Shown here piece by piece: positions 30,575 to 39,700 of a stretch of DNA of 64,000 nucleotides. The DNA lies in NCBI GenBank assembly GCA_031271165.1, contig JAISWF010000125.1, positions 2,747 through 66,746 of the forward strand, in the 5' to 3' direction. Each line of letters starts with the position of its first letter. Position 1 is the first letter of the stretch. Source of the DNA: Deltaproteobacteria bacterium (GTDB taxonomy: Bacteria > Desulfobacterota > Desulfarculia > Adiutricales > Adiutricaceae). Below the pieces are notes generated by a model. That model worked only from the letters and a program-made list of their open reading frames with translations, was not told the DNA's origin and did no database searches. Position numbers and translations under genes: made by a program.

Positions 30575-33500
30575 ATGTCCTTTGTTCACCTCCACGTCCA
30601 CTCCTGCTACAGCCTTTTAGACGGGGCCATCAAAATAAACGATCTGGTCAAAACTGCCAAATCCATGGACATGCCAGCCGTGGCCTTAACTGATCACGGC
30701 CAGATGCTCGGGCTTTGGAACTTTTATAAAGCGGCGGTCAAAGAGGGCATCAAACCAATTTTGGGAGTCGAGGCCTACGTTACCAACCAAAAACTTCAAA
30801 ACCGCGACCAAAACGAAGTTCGTCACCACCTGGTGCTGCTGGCCAAAAACCTGACTGGCTACCAAAATCTCTGCCGCTTGATTTCCACCGCCAACATCGA
30901 AGGGTTTTACTATAAGCCACGGGTGGACGTTGACCTTTTGGCCCAGTACTCTGAAGGCCTTATTGCTCTCTCAGGCTGCCTCCAGGGCGAAATTCCCAAG
31001 GCCCTTCTGGCCGGCCGGGAAGATGAAGCCCAGGCCGCTGCCCAAAGATATGCCTCTATTTTCCCCGACTCCTTCTATCTTGAGCTCCAGGAAAACCGCC
31101 TGCCGCCTCAGGCCATCGCCAATCAGGCCTTGGTTGATTTGGCCAAGAAAACTTCAATTCCGGTGGTAGCCACCAACGACTGCCATTATTTATTGAAGGA
31201 ACACCATGATGCCCATGACGTCTTATTGTGCATTCAGACTGGAAAAAAGCTATCCGACGAAAAACGGATGCGGATGGAGACCAACGAATTTTACTTTAAA
31301 AGCCCGGCCGAAATGGCCGCCGACTTTAGCTGGTGCCAGGAGGCACTCTCCAACACTCTCCACATCGCCTCTCAATGCCAAGTGGAATTCCCAGCCAAAA
31401 CTTATTATTTCCCCTCCCCGCCACTAACCAACCAGCCCGACGGGCTCTCCCTGGAACAGGTCTTTGTCACCCAAGCTCGAGAGGGCTTAGAAAAAAGATT
31501 TCAAAACGCCGCCAAGCTGGGCTCCCCTTTTGATGAAAAAGCCATCCAAAATTATCAGACCCGTCTCGAAGAAGAACTGGCCATCATCAACGAGATGCGT
31601 TTTCCGGGCTATTTTCTGATCGTCAACGACTTTATCAACTGGGCCAAGAAAAAGGGCATCCCAGTTGGCCCGGGCCGGGGCTCAGCCGTCGGCAGTTTGG
31701 TGGCCTACTGCCTCGGGATAACCAACATCGACCCTATCCGCTTCGATCTTCTGTTTGAGCGCTTTTTAAATCCGCAGCGCAAGAGCATGCCCGATATCGA
31801 CGTTGATTTTTGCGCCGAGGGCCGTAACGATGTCATCCGTTACGTCACTGAGACATATGGCGGACGGGACTACGTGGCCCAGATCGTAACCTTGGGCCAG
31901 ATGAAGGCTAAAGCCGTGGTCCGCGACGTCGGGCGAGCCCTGGGGCTGGAATACGGGGCGGTGGACGCCATCGCCAAGATGATTCCCCCTCGGCTGGGCA
32001 TTACCCTCAATGATGCCCTCAATGAAACCCAGGCCCTGAGGGAGGCGGCCAGAGATCCTCAAATCAAAAAACTATTGGACTACGCCCTTATTTTGGAGAA
32101 CCTCCCCCGGCACTCCTCCATCCACGCCTCCGGGGTGGTTATCGGCGACCGCCCGCTGTGGGAATTGCTGCCTCTTTGTTGCGATTCGAAGACCGCCGAA
32201 GAAGACGGCCGGCGCACTCAGGTCATCACTCAGTACGAGCTGGGCGGAGTTGAAGAAAACGGCCTGGTTAAATTTGACTTTTTGGGCCTGAAAACCTTGA
32301 CTTTGATCCGCCACTGCTTAAGGCTTCTATCCGAGCGGGGCATTGAAATCAACATCGACCAGATTGACTTTAAGGATCCCGATACCTTTAAACTTTTGGC
32401 TCGTGGCGACGTTAGCGGGGTCTTCCAACTGGAAAATGCAGGTATCCGGGAAGTGGTCATGCGACTCAAACCCGACTGCCTGGAGGATATTATCGCCTTG
32501 GTGGCCCTCTATCGCCCGGGCCCAATAAAAAGCGGCATGATCGATACCTTTATCCGTGTTAAACACGGCCTGGAAGAGCCCAGTTACGAACTTGAGTGTC
32601 TCGTCCCCATCTTGAAGGAGACCTCCGGGGTCATCCTCTATCAGGAACAAGTGATGAGAATCGCCCAGGTCTTGGCCGGCTATTCCTTAGGCGAAGCCGA
32701 CATCCTCCGGCGAGCCATGGGCAAAAAAAAGCCGGCCGAAATGAACGAGCAAGAAAGCCGCTTTATCCAGGGTGCTGTTCAGAGGGGAACCCCGCCAGAG
32801 AAAGCCGCCCGTTTATTCGCGCTTATTTCCAAATTTGCCGAATACGGTTTTAACAAATCCCACAGTGCGGCTTACGCTGTTATCACCTATCAAACCGCCT
32901 GGCTGAAAGCTCATTACCCTCTGGAATTTCTGGCCGCCCTAATGACCTCCGAGCAGGACAGCCGAGAAAAAATCAGCCGCATCATCGGTGAATGCCGCCA
33001 CCGGAAAATCCAGGTTTGCCCGCCAGACGTCAACACCTCGGATTTTAAATTTACAGTCTCCGAAGATAAGATCCTCTTCGGCCTGGGGGCGATCAAGGGT
33101 TTGGGCCAGGCGGCCATTGAGGCGATAATCGCTGTCCGCAAAGAAAAACCTTTCACCGATCTATATGATTTCTGCCAACGGGTCGGCAGCCAAAAAGTCA
33201 ATCGCCGCGTTATTGAGTGCCTAATTAAATGCGGAGCTTTCGACCTTTCGGGAGGAGCGCCCCGGGAGTCGCTCCTGGAGGCTTTGGATGAAGCCATTAA
33301 CCAGGGAACCAAGACCAGGCAAAAAAAACAAAATCCCCGCCTCGGCAACCTCTTTTCCTCCTTGACCCCTCCGCCCACGCAGAGGAAGACCTTTCCCACT
33401 GTCCAGCCGGTAACCGAGGCCGAGCGCCTGTCATGGGAAAAGGAGCTTTTGGGTTTTTACGTCACCGGGCACCCTCTGGGCCGCTTTGAACCAGCCATGG

Positions 33501-34102
33501 TGGCCATGAGAGACAGTGCGCTTTCCAATGTGGAAAACTTGCCTAACAACGTCAAAGTCCGGCTCTGCGGCACTATCTCCAACGTCCAGTTTAAAGAGGA
33601 CAAAAACGGCAAGCCTTACGCCTTTGCCAGCCTTGAGGATTCCGAGGGCACGGTGGAACTGGCCATCTGGAGTTATATTTTGAAAAAAAGTGGTGATCTT
33701 ATCAAAAACGGTCGCCTGGTAGTGGTGTCGGGACTGCTGGAAAACCGCAACTCAGATGAGAAAAAGTACCGGCTCAAAGTCAATGTCAGCGAGGTCCACG
33801 ACTTTCAACAAGCTTTAGAACACCAGAACGCCTCGCTAACCATTAGCTGCTTTCTCAATGATCTCGATCGGGTCATAAACTTTTTGACCGACCAAGCCAA
33901 TATTCCCTTTTCCACTTCCTCGCCGGTCTGCGTATATTTACTGATCAAGGTCAGAGCTGGGCTCGATCGGGCCGTCTACCGCCTGGAGCAAAGGTTAAAT
34001 CTCTCACTGGATTTTTTCCAACAATCCCAGCTGGCCCTGGGTTTGGACGGGTACATTGCTCTTAAATGCTCACCAGACTTAAATCCTTTTATCAACGCAT
34101 AA
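30575..34102 (+). CDS. dnaE: DNA polymerase III alpha subunit
   Basis: 1175 aa with a PHP-domain N-terminus (FVHLHVHSCYSLLDGA). PolIIIA core motifs are present (GPGRGSAVGSLVAYCLGITNIDP, PDIDVDF), along with a C-terminal OB-fold region. Confidence 0.95.
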   Translation: MSFVHLHVHSCYSLLDGAIKINDLVKTAKSMDMPAVALTDHGQMLGLWNFYKAAVKEGIKPILGVEAYVTNQKLQNRDQNEVRHHLVLLAKNLTGYQNLCRLISTANIEGFYYKPRVDVDLLAQYSEGLIALSGCLQGEIPKALLAGREDEAQAAAQRYASIFPDSFYLELQENRLPPQAIANQALVDLAKKTSIPVVATNDCHYLLKEHHDAHDVLLCIQTGKKLSDEKRMRMETNEFYFKSPAEMAADFSWCQEALSNTLHIASQCQVEFPAKTYYFPSPPLTNQPDGLSLEQVFVTQAREGLEKRFQNAAKLGSPFDEKAIQNYQTRLEEELAIINEMRFPGYFLIVNDFINWAKKKGIPVGPGRGSAVGSLVAYCLGITNIDPIRFDLLFERFLNPQRKSMPDIDVDFCAEGRNDVIRYVTETYGGRDYVAQIVTLGQMKAKAVVRDVGRALGLEYGAVDAIAKMIPPRLGITLNDALNETQALREAARDPQIKKLLDYALILENLPRHSSIHASGVVIGDRPLWELLPLCCDSKTAEEDGRRTQVITQYELGGVEENGLVKFDFLGLKTLTLIRHCLRLLSERGIEINIDQIDFKDPDTFKLLARGDVSGVFQLENAGIREVVMRLKPDCLEDIIALVALYRPGPIKSGMIDTFIRVKHGLEEPSYELECLVPILKETSGVILYQEQVMRIAQVLAGYSLGEADILRRAMGKKKPAEMNEQESRFIQGAVQRGTPPEKAARLFALISKFAEYGFNKSHSAAYAVITYQTAWLKAHYPLEFLAALMTSEQDSREKISRIIGECRHRKIQVCPPDVNTSDFKFTVSEDKILFGLGAIKGLGQAAIEAIIAVRKEKPFTDLYDFCQRVGSQKVNRRVIECLIKCGAFDLSGGAPRESLLEALDEAINQGTKTRQKKQNPRLGNLFSSLTPPPTQRKTFPTVQPVTEAERLSWEKELLGFYVTGHPLGRFEPAMVAMRDSALSNVENLPNNVKVRLCGTISNVQFKEDKNGKPYAFASLEDSEGTVELAIWSYILKKSGDLIKNGRLVVVSGLLENRNSDEKKYRLKVNVSEVHDFQQALEHQNASLTISCFLNDLDRVINFLTDQANIPFSTSSPVCVYLLIKVRAGLDRAVYRLEQRLNLSLDFFQQSQLALGLDGYIALKCSPDLNPFINA

Positions 34103-34213
34103 AAACCAACCAACCAAAGGCCCAAAAACCTTAAGGCAGTAAAAAATCAGCCCCTTAGGCGCTCAGCCAGCTGAATCAAAATATTTTTTATTCCCCACCC
34201 AGCGCTTCCTGGA

Positions 34214-35200
34214 ATGGCTAGTATGGTTTCCAAAATCCGTCTCACCCTCAAAAAAATCGCCGGGACCAAAATCCTGTGCTTAGGCGATTTAATGTTGGAC
34301 CGCTATGTTTATGGCCAAGCTACCCGCCTGTCGCCGGAAGCTCCTGTCCCTATTGTTCAAGTTCGCCGGCAAACCCATGTCCCGGGCGGCTTGGGCAACG
34401 TCGTCATGAACCTGTCCTCACTCGGGGCTTGGCCTCTAGCCGCCGGCCTGACCGGCTGCGACCCGGCGGCCGAAATCTTGGCCGAACTCCTCCAGGGGGC
34501 CTTGGACCACTGCTCCCCACCCTTGGTCCGGGATCCCACCCGGCCCACCACCATCAAAACCAGGGTCATTGCCGGTATCCAGCAGGTGGTCCGCTTTGAT
34601 GAAGAGTCGGAAACTCCGCTGGACTCGAAGGTCGGGGCCCTTTACCGGGAGGCGGTTTCAACAGCCTTGGGCTCGGTCTCAGCGGTAGCGGTTTCCGATT
34701 ATGGCAAGGGCGTCATCACCCCGAGCTTTTGCCGATGGCTGATTAAAAAAACCGAAAAACTCTCCCTTCCGGTAGTCTTCGACCCCAAAGGCGACGACTA
34801 CTCCCGCTATCGCGGCGCCGCCCTGGTCACCCCCAACCGCCAGGAACTGGCTGCGGCCGCCGGACGCGACATCGCCCGTGCCCAGCCGGAGGTCCTAATT
34901 TCGGCGGGCTTGGAGCTAATGAACCGACACGGTTTGAAAAATCTTTTAATTACCAGGAGTGAAGAAGGGATGACGCTGGTTTCGCCCCCGGACTCGGTCC
35001 GGCACCTGCCGGCCAGGGCCAAGGAAGTCTTTGACGTCAGCGGGGCCGGCGATACCGTGGTGGCGGCCGTGGCCGCCTGCCTGGGAGCAAACCTAACTCT
35101 GGAGGAAGGAGCGGAGCTGGCCACTGCTGCCGCCGGCGTCGTGGTTGGCAAGGTCGGGACGGCTGTAGCTACTCCCCAGGAAATCTTAAATTCGCTGTAA
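34214..35200 (+). CDS. hldA: D-glycero-beta-D-manno-heptose-7-phosphate kinase (RfaE domain I-type, PfkB family)
   Basis: ILCLGDLMLDRYVYGQATRLSPEAPVPIV is the RfaE/HldE kinase-domain signature, and the PfkB C-terminal motif DVSGAGDTV is present. There is no adenylyltransferase domain. Confidence 0.8.
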   Translation: MASMVSKIRLTLKKIAGTKILCLGDLMLDRYVYGQATRLSPEAPVPIVQVRRQTHVPGGLGNVVMNLSSLGAWPLAAGLTGCDPAAEILAELLQGALDHCSPPLVRDPTRPTTIKTRVIAGIQQVVRFDEESETPLDSKVGALYREAVSTALGSVSAVAVSDYGKGVITPSFCRWLIKKTEKLSLPVVFDPKGDDYSRYRGAALVTPNRQELAAAAGRDIARAQPEVLISAGLELMNRHGLKNLLITRSEEGMTLVSPPDSVRHLPARAKEVFDVSGAGDTVVAAVAACLGANLTLEEGAELATAAAGVVVGKVGTAVATPQEILNSL

Positions 35201-35210
35201 CCTTAAAATT

Positions 35211-35894
35211 TTAGTCGGTGCGGCCCTCGGGGACCTCCAGCCGGCCAGGCTCAGGTGAGCCGGCCTCACTGGGGCCGCCAGGCTGACCTTCCTTGGGCGG
35301 TTTGGGCGGCCTAACGTTAGCCCGCCTTTGGCAGGTCGGCAGACCGTGGGATATCCAAGCCGCCGAGGCCAAGGCCGCAGTCTGAAGCGACTGATCAAAA
35401 GCCTCAACCTCCAAAGAATTAAAAGGGGCCAGCACATAAGGCGACCAATCACCGCCGAACGCAGCCCGGTCGGGACGTCCTATTCCAATCCTGAGCCGAT
35501 CAAAACCTTCCCCAATTTCCTCCATCAGCGAAACCAAGCCGTTGTGACCGGCGCTGCCTCCTCCAGAGCAGGCCTTAAGACGGCCGACCGGCAGATCCAT
35601 GTCGTCATGGATAACCAAAAGTCGTTCCAGCGGAACTTTATAAAAATTTAGCAGCTCCGCCGCCGCCGAACCCGACAGGTTCATGTAAACAGTGGGCCAG
35701 GCCAGGATAACCGGATAACCCTCCACCTTGCCTTTGGAGATCAGCGCCTTTTTCGACCTGCAAGGGTCATTAAAGCCTTTTTTTTCGGCCAGGACAGCCA
35801 AAGCCATGTAACCGGCATTGTGGCGGGTGTTACGGTATTTTTCACCAGGGTTGCCCAACCCGATTACTATTTTCAGATCGCTCATCACCATCAT
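35211..35894 (-). CDS. pth: Peptidyl-tRNA hydrolase with a Pro/Gly-rich C-terminal tail
   Basis: GLGNPGEKYRNTRHNAG signature and GHNGL motif. About 35 extra C-terminal residues are present (PPKPPKEGQPGGPSEAGSPEPG). Confidence 0.85.
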   Translation of the reverse strand: MMVMSDLKIVIGLGNPGEKYRNTRHNAGYMALAVLAEKKGFNDPCRSKKALISKGKVEGYPVILAWPTVYMNLSGSAAAELLNFYKVPLERLLVIHDDMDLPVGRLKACSGGGSAGHNGLVSLMEEIGEGFDRLRIGIGRPDRAAFGGDWSPYVLAPFNSLEVEAFDQSLQTAALASAAWISHGLPTCQRRANVRPPKPPKEGQPGGPSEAGSPEPGRLEVPEGRTD

Positions 35895-36522
35895 CCGACC
35901 TCATGGGAATTATTTTTCCCGATCCGTGGGGAAAAAACTTCAACCGATTTTATTCCAATTTACCATTTTGATCAAAAGCCCGCCATTGGCCGACTCTTTT
36001 CCCAGTCAACCAAACCGTCCAACGAACAATCGCCCGTCCTAGCCAGCCAGAGCCGAAAAATTGAGGCCTTTTTTTGACACTTGCTTAAAAACTTTTTCTA
36101 GTTTAAACTTTAGAAAAACAGCCAGAAAGGTTCATTAAATGCGCTCGCCTGGTTGACTCCTGGGGACCTGTCTAATTATTTGACCAACAACCGAGCTTGT
36201 GGCCGCCAGGAGTTTTGGCCCGGCCAAGTGTCAAGGTAATAGATCGCATCTAGAATTAATTTTTTGTCTTCACAAAATTAACTTACGCTCGTTTTGGTTA
36301 ATATCTCTTTTTGAAAAGCAATTTATCCGAAACATCGTCTAAAAGCAATCGGGGATTCAGTTTTATTCACCAAAAAATGATTCCTCGGACACTTTTGGTT
36401 ACCCAAAAATTTGATTCTTTCAGCCCTCCCCGCCCTGACCGATTTTGAACGATTATATCCTAATCATTCAGCCGGACTAATATAAACTCGGTTCGGGCTC
36501 TTTATCGAAAATGGAGTATCTC

Positions 36523-36684
36523 ATGAAAAAGCATGTTTGTGTAGTCTGCGGTTATGTTTATGACCCTGCGTCGGGCGATCCTGACAACAGCGTGGCCCCA
36601 GGCACAGATTTCTCTAAAGTACCCCACGACTGGACCTGTCCGGTCTGCGGGGCTGGCAAGGACCAATTTGAGGCCCAAAGCTGA
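36523..36684 (+). CDS. Rubredoxin (53 aa; not in the ORF track because it is under 60 aa)
   Basis: Own translation: [53 protein letters not shown]. It has two CxxCG knuckles and the conserved DP..G/PGT.F spacing. SD GGAG lies 7 nt upstream. Confidence 0.85.
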   Translation: MKKHVCVVCGYVYDPASGDPDNSVAPGTDFSKVPHDWTCPVCGAGKDQFEAQS

Positions 36685-36794
36685 GCTTTGAATTAATTAA
36701 TCGACCAGCAAGGCCCCGCCAGACGGGCTTTTGACCGAACTGACGGAGTGTTTTTGGGGCTCCCGTAGGGGTCAGCCAAGAGAGGCATTGCGCC

Positions 36795-37283
36795 ATGATC
36801 TATCCTTTTAATGCGGTTGAAGCTTTTAAAATTGCCTTAGATATTGAGGAAAACGGCCTGAGGTTTTACAGCGAAGCTGCAAAAAAGCTGCCGCCAGGAA
36901 CTGTGGCCGACCTTTTCGTTTCCCTGGCCCAGGAGGAAGTGATCCACAAGGCCAAGTTCTCCGAAATCCTCGCTGACTTACCCAAAGAGCGGCCTTCGTT
37001 CTTTGATCCAGACAATGAAACCGACCAGTATCTCAAAATGATGGCCGACATCAACGTCTTCCAACAGGGCACGGCAACCATTGATGCCGCTTTGGCCGAT
37101 GTCTTAACGGCCAAAGACGCCATCAGGCTGGCCATGACCTTTGAAAAAGACTCTGTTGTCTTTTATGTCCAACTAAAAAACGCCTCCGAAACAGCTGCCG
37201 ACAAGTTGTCCATCGATCGCCTCATTCTTGAGGAGGCCAAACATTTAAGAAAACTGGCTATAGTTTATAACTCCCTTCTTTAG
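36795..37283 (+). CDS. Rubrerythrin/ferritin-like di-iron four-helix-bundle protein (no rubredoxin domain)
   Basis: Two E...ExxH half-sites (IEENG..FY / QEEVIH and FEKDS..FY / EEAKH). It lies between the rubredoxin and the flavodiiron protein gene. Confidence 0.7.
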   Translation: MIYPFNAVEAFKIALDIEENGLRFYSEAAKKLPPGTVADLFVSLAQEEVIHKAKFSEILADLPKERPSFFDPDNETDQYLKMMADINVFQQGTATIDAALADVLTAKDAIRLAMTFEKDSVVFYVQLKNASETAADKLSIDRLILEEAKHLRKLAIVYNSLL

Positions 37284-37341
37284 AATACTCTCTCGCTCAT
37301 GGCCCTTAGGGGCCATAATAATCAATTAAGCCAAAATTTCA

Positions 37342-37385
37342 TATCAAGGACAGAATTTAAATTCTGTCCTTGATACTATTTTTTT
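37342..37385 (+). terminator. Perfect 34-bp palindrome plus T7 (terminator, attenuator or operator) just before the flavodiiron protein gene
   Basis: TATCAAGGACAGAATTT|AAATTCTGTCCTTGATA (37342..37375) followed by cta-TTTTTTT. It ends 16 nt before the FDP ATG. Confidence 0.5.
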
Positions 37386-37400
37386 ATTCCAGAGGTCACC

Positions 37401-38594
37401 ATGGAACCGATAAAGATAACAGAAAATATTTACTGGGTCGGCGCTGTCGATTACGACATCAGAGACTTCCACGGCTATCTAACCCCCCGTGGCAGTACCT
37501 ACAACGCCTACCTCATTGTTGATAAAAAAATCACCCTCATCGACACGGTCAAACACGGTTTTGAGGACGAGCTCTTAAGCCGGGTAGCCAAAATTGTCGA
37601 TCCCACTAAAATCGATCAAGTAGTTTCCAATCACGCCGAGATGGACCATTCCGGAGGTCTTCCGGGCGTCATGAAAGCTATCGGCCTCGAAAAACCAGTT
37701 TACGCCAGCACCCTGGGGGTTAAAAACCTCGGCGGCCAATTTAAGGACGCCGGCCTCAATCTCAAGGCCGTGGAGGGGAAACTCGACCTCGGCTCAGAGG
37801 AACTGGTCTTTTTAGAGACCCGTATGATCCACTGGCCGGATAGTATGTTCAGTTTCGTGCCGGCCCAGGGCGTTCTCTTCTCCCAAGACGGCTTTGGCCT
37901 TCACCTGGCTACCCCCGAACGTTTCGACGATCAGATCAGCGAAGAGATCTGGGGACCTTTGGCTTTAAACTACTTTGCCAACATCCTAACCCCCTACACC
38001 GGACAAATCGCCAAGCTTATTGAGAAAGTGGCCGCCGACGGTCTGATTCCCCAGATCAAAATCATCTGCCCTGATCACGGATTTATCTGGCGCCAGAACC
38101 CCGGCCGGGCCTTGGAGCTGTACTCGGCCTGGGTCCAGCAAAAACCCAAACGCAAGGCGGTGATAGTCTTTGACACCATGTGGCATTCGACCGAGTATAT
38201 GGCCAGAGAACTGGCTGATTACCTCTATACTCAAGGTATTGAGACCCGCTACTACAGCCTTAAAAACCAGCACCGCAGCGCTGTGGCCACCGAGTGCTAT
38301 GATGCGGCGGCCATCATGGTGGGCACTCCGACCATCAACAATCAAATGTTCCCTTCGGTCGCCGATTTATTGTGCTATCTCAAGAGCCTGAAAATGAAAA
38401 ACAAAATCGGCGCTTCCTTTGGCTCCTATGGTTGGAGCGGCGAGGGGGCGAAATTGGTTCAGGCTGAGCTTAAAACCATGGGCTACGAACTGCCCAGTGA
38501 CGAAGTCCGGGTCCAGTGGGTGCCTCAGGAAAAAGATCTGGCCAGTCTTAAGGCCTTGGGCCTTACAGTGGCCGAGGCTGTTAAAAAGCAGTAA
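37401..38594 (+). CDS. Flavodiiron protein (rubredoxin:oxygen oxidoreductase / FprA type)
   Basis: Metallo-beta-lactamase-like domain with the di-iron ligand motif HAEMDHSGG and HWPDSM. A C-terminal flavodoxin-like domain is present (AVIVFDTMWHSTEYMA ... GSYGWSGEG). Confidence 0.9.
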   Translation: MEPIKITENIYWVGAVDYDIRDFHGYLTPRGSTYNAYLIVDKKITLIDTVKHGFEDELLSRVAKIVDPTKIDQVVSNHAEMDHSGGLPGVMKAIGLEKPVYASTLGVKNLGGQFKDAGLNLKAVEGKLDLGSEELVFLETRMIHWPDSMFSFVPAQGVLFSQDGFGLHLATPERFDDQISEEIWGPLALNYFANILTPYTGQIAKLIEKVAADGLIPQIKIICPDHGFIWRQNPGRALELYSAWVQQKPKRKAVIVFDTMWHSTEYMARELADYLYTQGIETRYYSLKNQHRSAVATECYDAAAIMVGTPTINNQMFPSVADLLCYLKSLKMKNKIGASFGSYGWSGEGAKLVQAELKTMGYELPSDEVRVQWVPQEKDLASLKALGLTVAEAVKKQ

Positions 38595-38645
38595 CCACTA
38601 GGACTGCCCAACTTGACTATATTGTCGGTTGGGGTTTCGAGTTGG

Positions 38646-38692
38646 TCGCCGTTTCCGACGAAATTTATCGCGGAAACGGCGATTTAACTTTT
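38646..38692 (+). terminator. Rho-independent terminator after the flavodiiron protein gene
   Basis: TCGCCGTTTCCG-n13-CGGAAACGGCGA followed by TTTAACTTTTT. Confidence 0.6.
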
Positions 38693-39700
38693 TGGGCCAG
38701 GTATTTGGTCCGACTTATCTCATTATGGACTTTAATTCAGGTTAACCAGGACCAACGGCTCCTAATAATAACCCAGTTTATGCCTTGTCGGCGCTGCGGA
38801 TATATGTTAATTTGTGACTGAAAAAAACCGTCTATTGCTTAATTTCTAAGTTTCAGCCGACGGTTTTTTCTTTAGCCTTGGATTTTTCAATGCTCCGGCC
38901 CAACAGCCACAACAATTGTTGTTTTTATGGTGGTTGGTCTTGGTACATTTTTTGCTTGTTCAAATTGAATCTGGTTGGATCCGGTTGGCTAAATTTGGGC
39001 CTAATATTTCCCTTGATTTGAAACAACTAATTTTACTTTTTGCGAAAAACATACTAATTTTTCATAAATTGAACTTTATAATATCAATACGCAGTCAAGA
39101 CTATTGTAATTAAATTCTAAATTAGATTGTCAGTCTGATTTGGGTGTCAACCGGAGCAGAGTCCAGGCGGCTATCTCCCTCGAAAATGGCCGCTGCCTCA
39201 TTATCAAAGCCTCTGGAGTCTCCGGGAGTCGGTCCCTAACGCCTGCGGTCTACTCCTAGAGGTCTTAAGGCGCTTTGAGTGCTGTTTTTAAGGCCAATGA
39301 CCACCCGATTTCCCCCACCGGATTATTTTTGATCGACCAGTAAAAAGTCTTTTTTTTCGTTTTTGTCATTTTTAACATCTTGATATTACTAACAAAAAAA
39401 ATTATGAATTCAGGTTTTTTTAGGGTTTTTACCGGTTGATCGTTTTTGGTTCAAATCTTCCCTGGGCCCCTTGCCACCCGTATAGGCGAAGCCTTGGATT
39501 TTTACCCACCCTGGCTCGGAGCTTTAACCTCAAGAAGAGGCCGACCACTAGCTTTCTTTTGATAAATTAGAAATTATACGGCTTTAACCATGCTACTTTA
39601 CCAAAAGCTAGGCCAACAACTTCTTCGTGTCGCTTCTTTGGTTTGAACATCCAAAAATTTATTAGCCTACAAAGAGCACACAAACGTTTGGAAAACATAC

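Noticed and set aside
35971-35989. Shared motif ATCAAAAGCCnnCCATTGG upstream of pth, also found at 61298-61316 upstream of the RND operon.
   Set aside because: A 17-of-19 match between two sites is within what chance predicts for all-against-all comparison of 64 kb. The orientation relative to the downstream genes also differs.
39447-39462. tRNA T-loop-like GGTTCAAATC.
   Set aside because: The flanking bases cannot form a T-stem or an acceptor stem, and no cloverleaf can be drawn.
38900-39700. Mobile-element boundaries (integrase, transposase, tRNA target or flanking direct repeats) for the 39.7-49.9 kb island.
   Set aside because: I found no recombinase-like ORF, no tRNA, and no matching direct or inverted repeats between the two AT-rich flanks. 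Horizontal acquisition therefore remains only a compositional inference.
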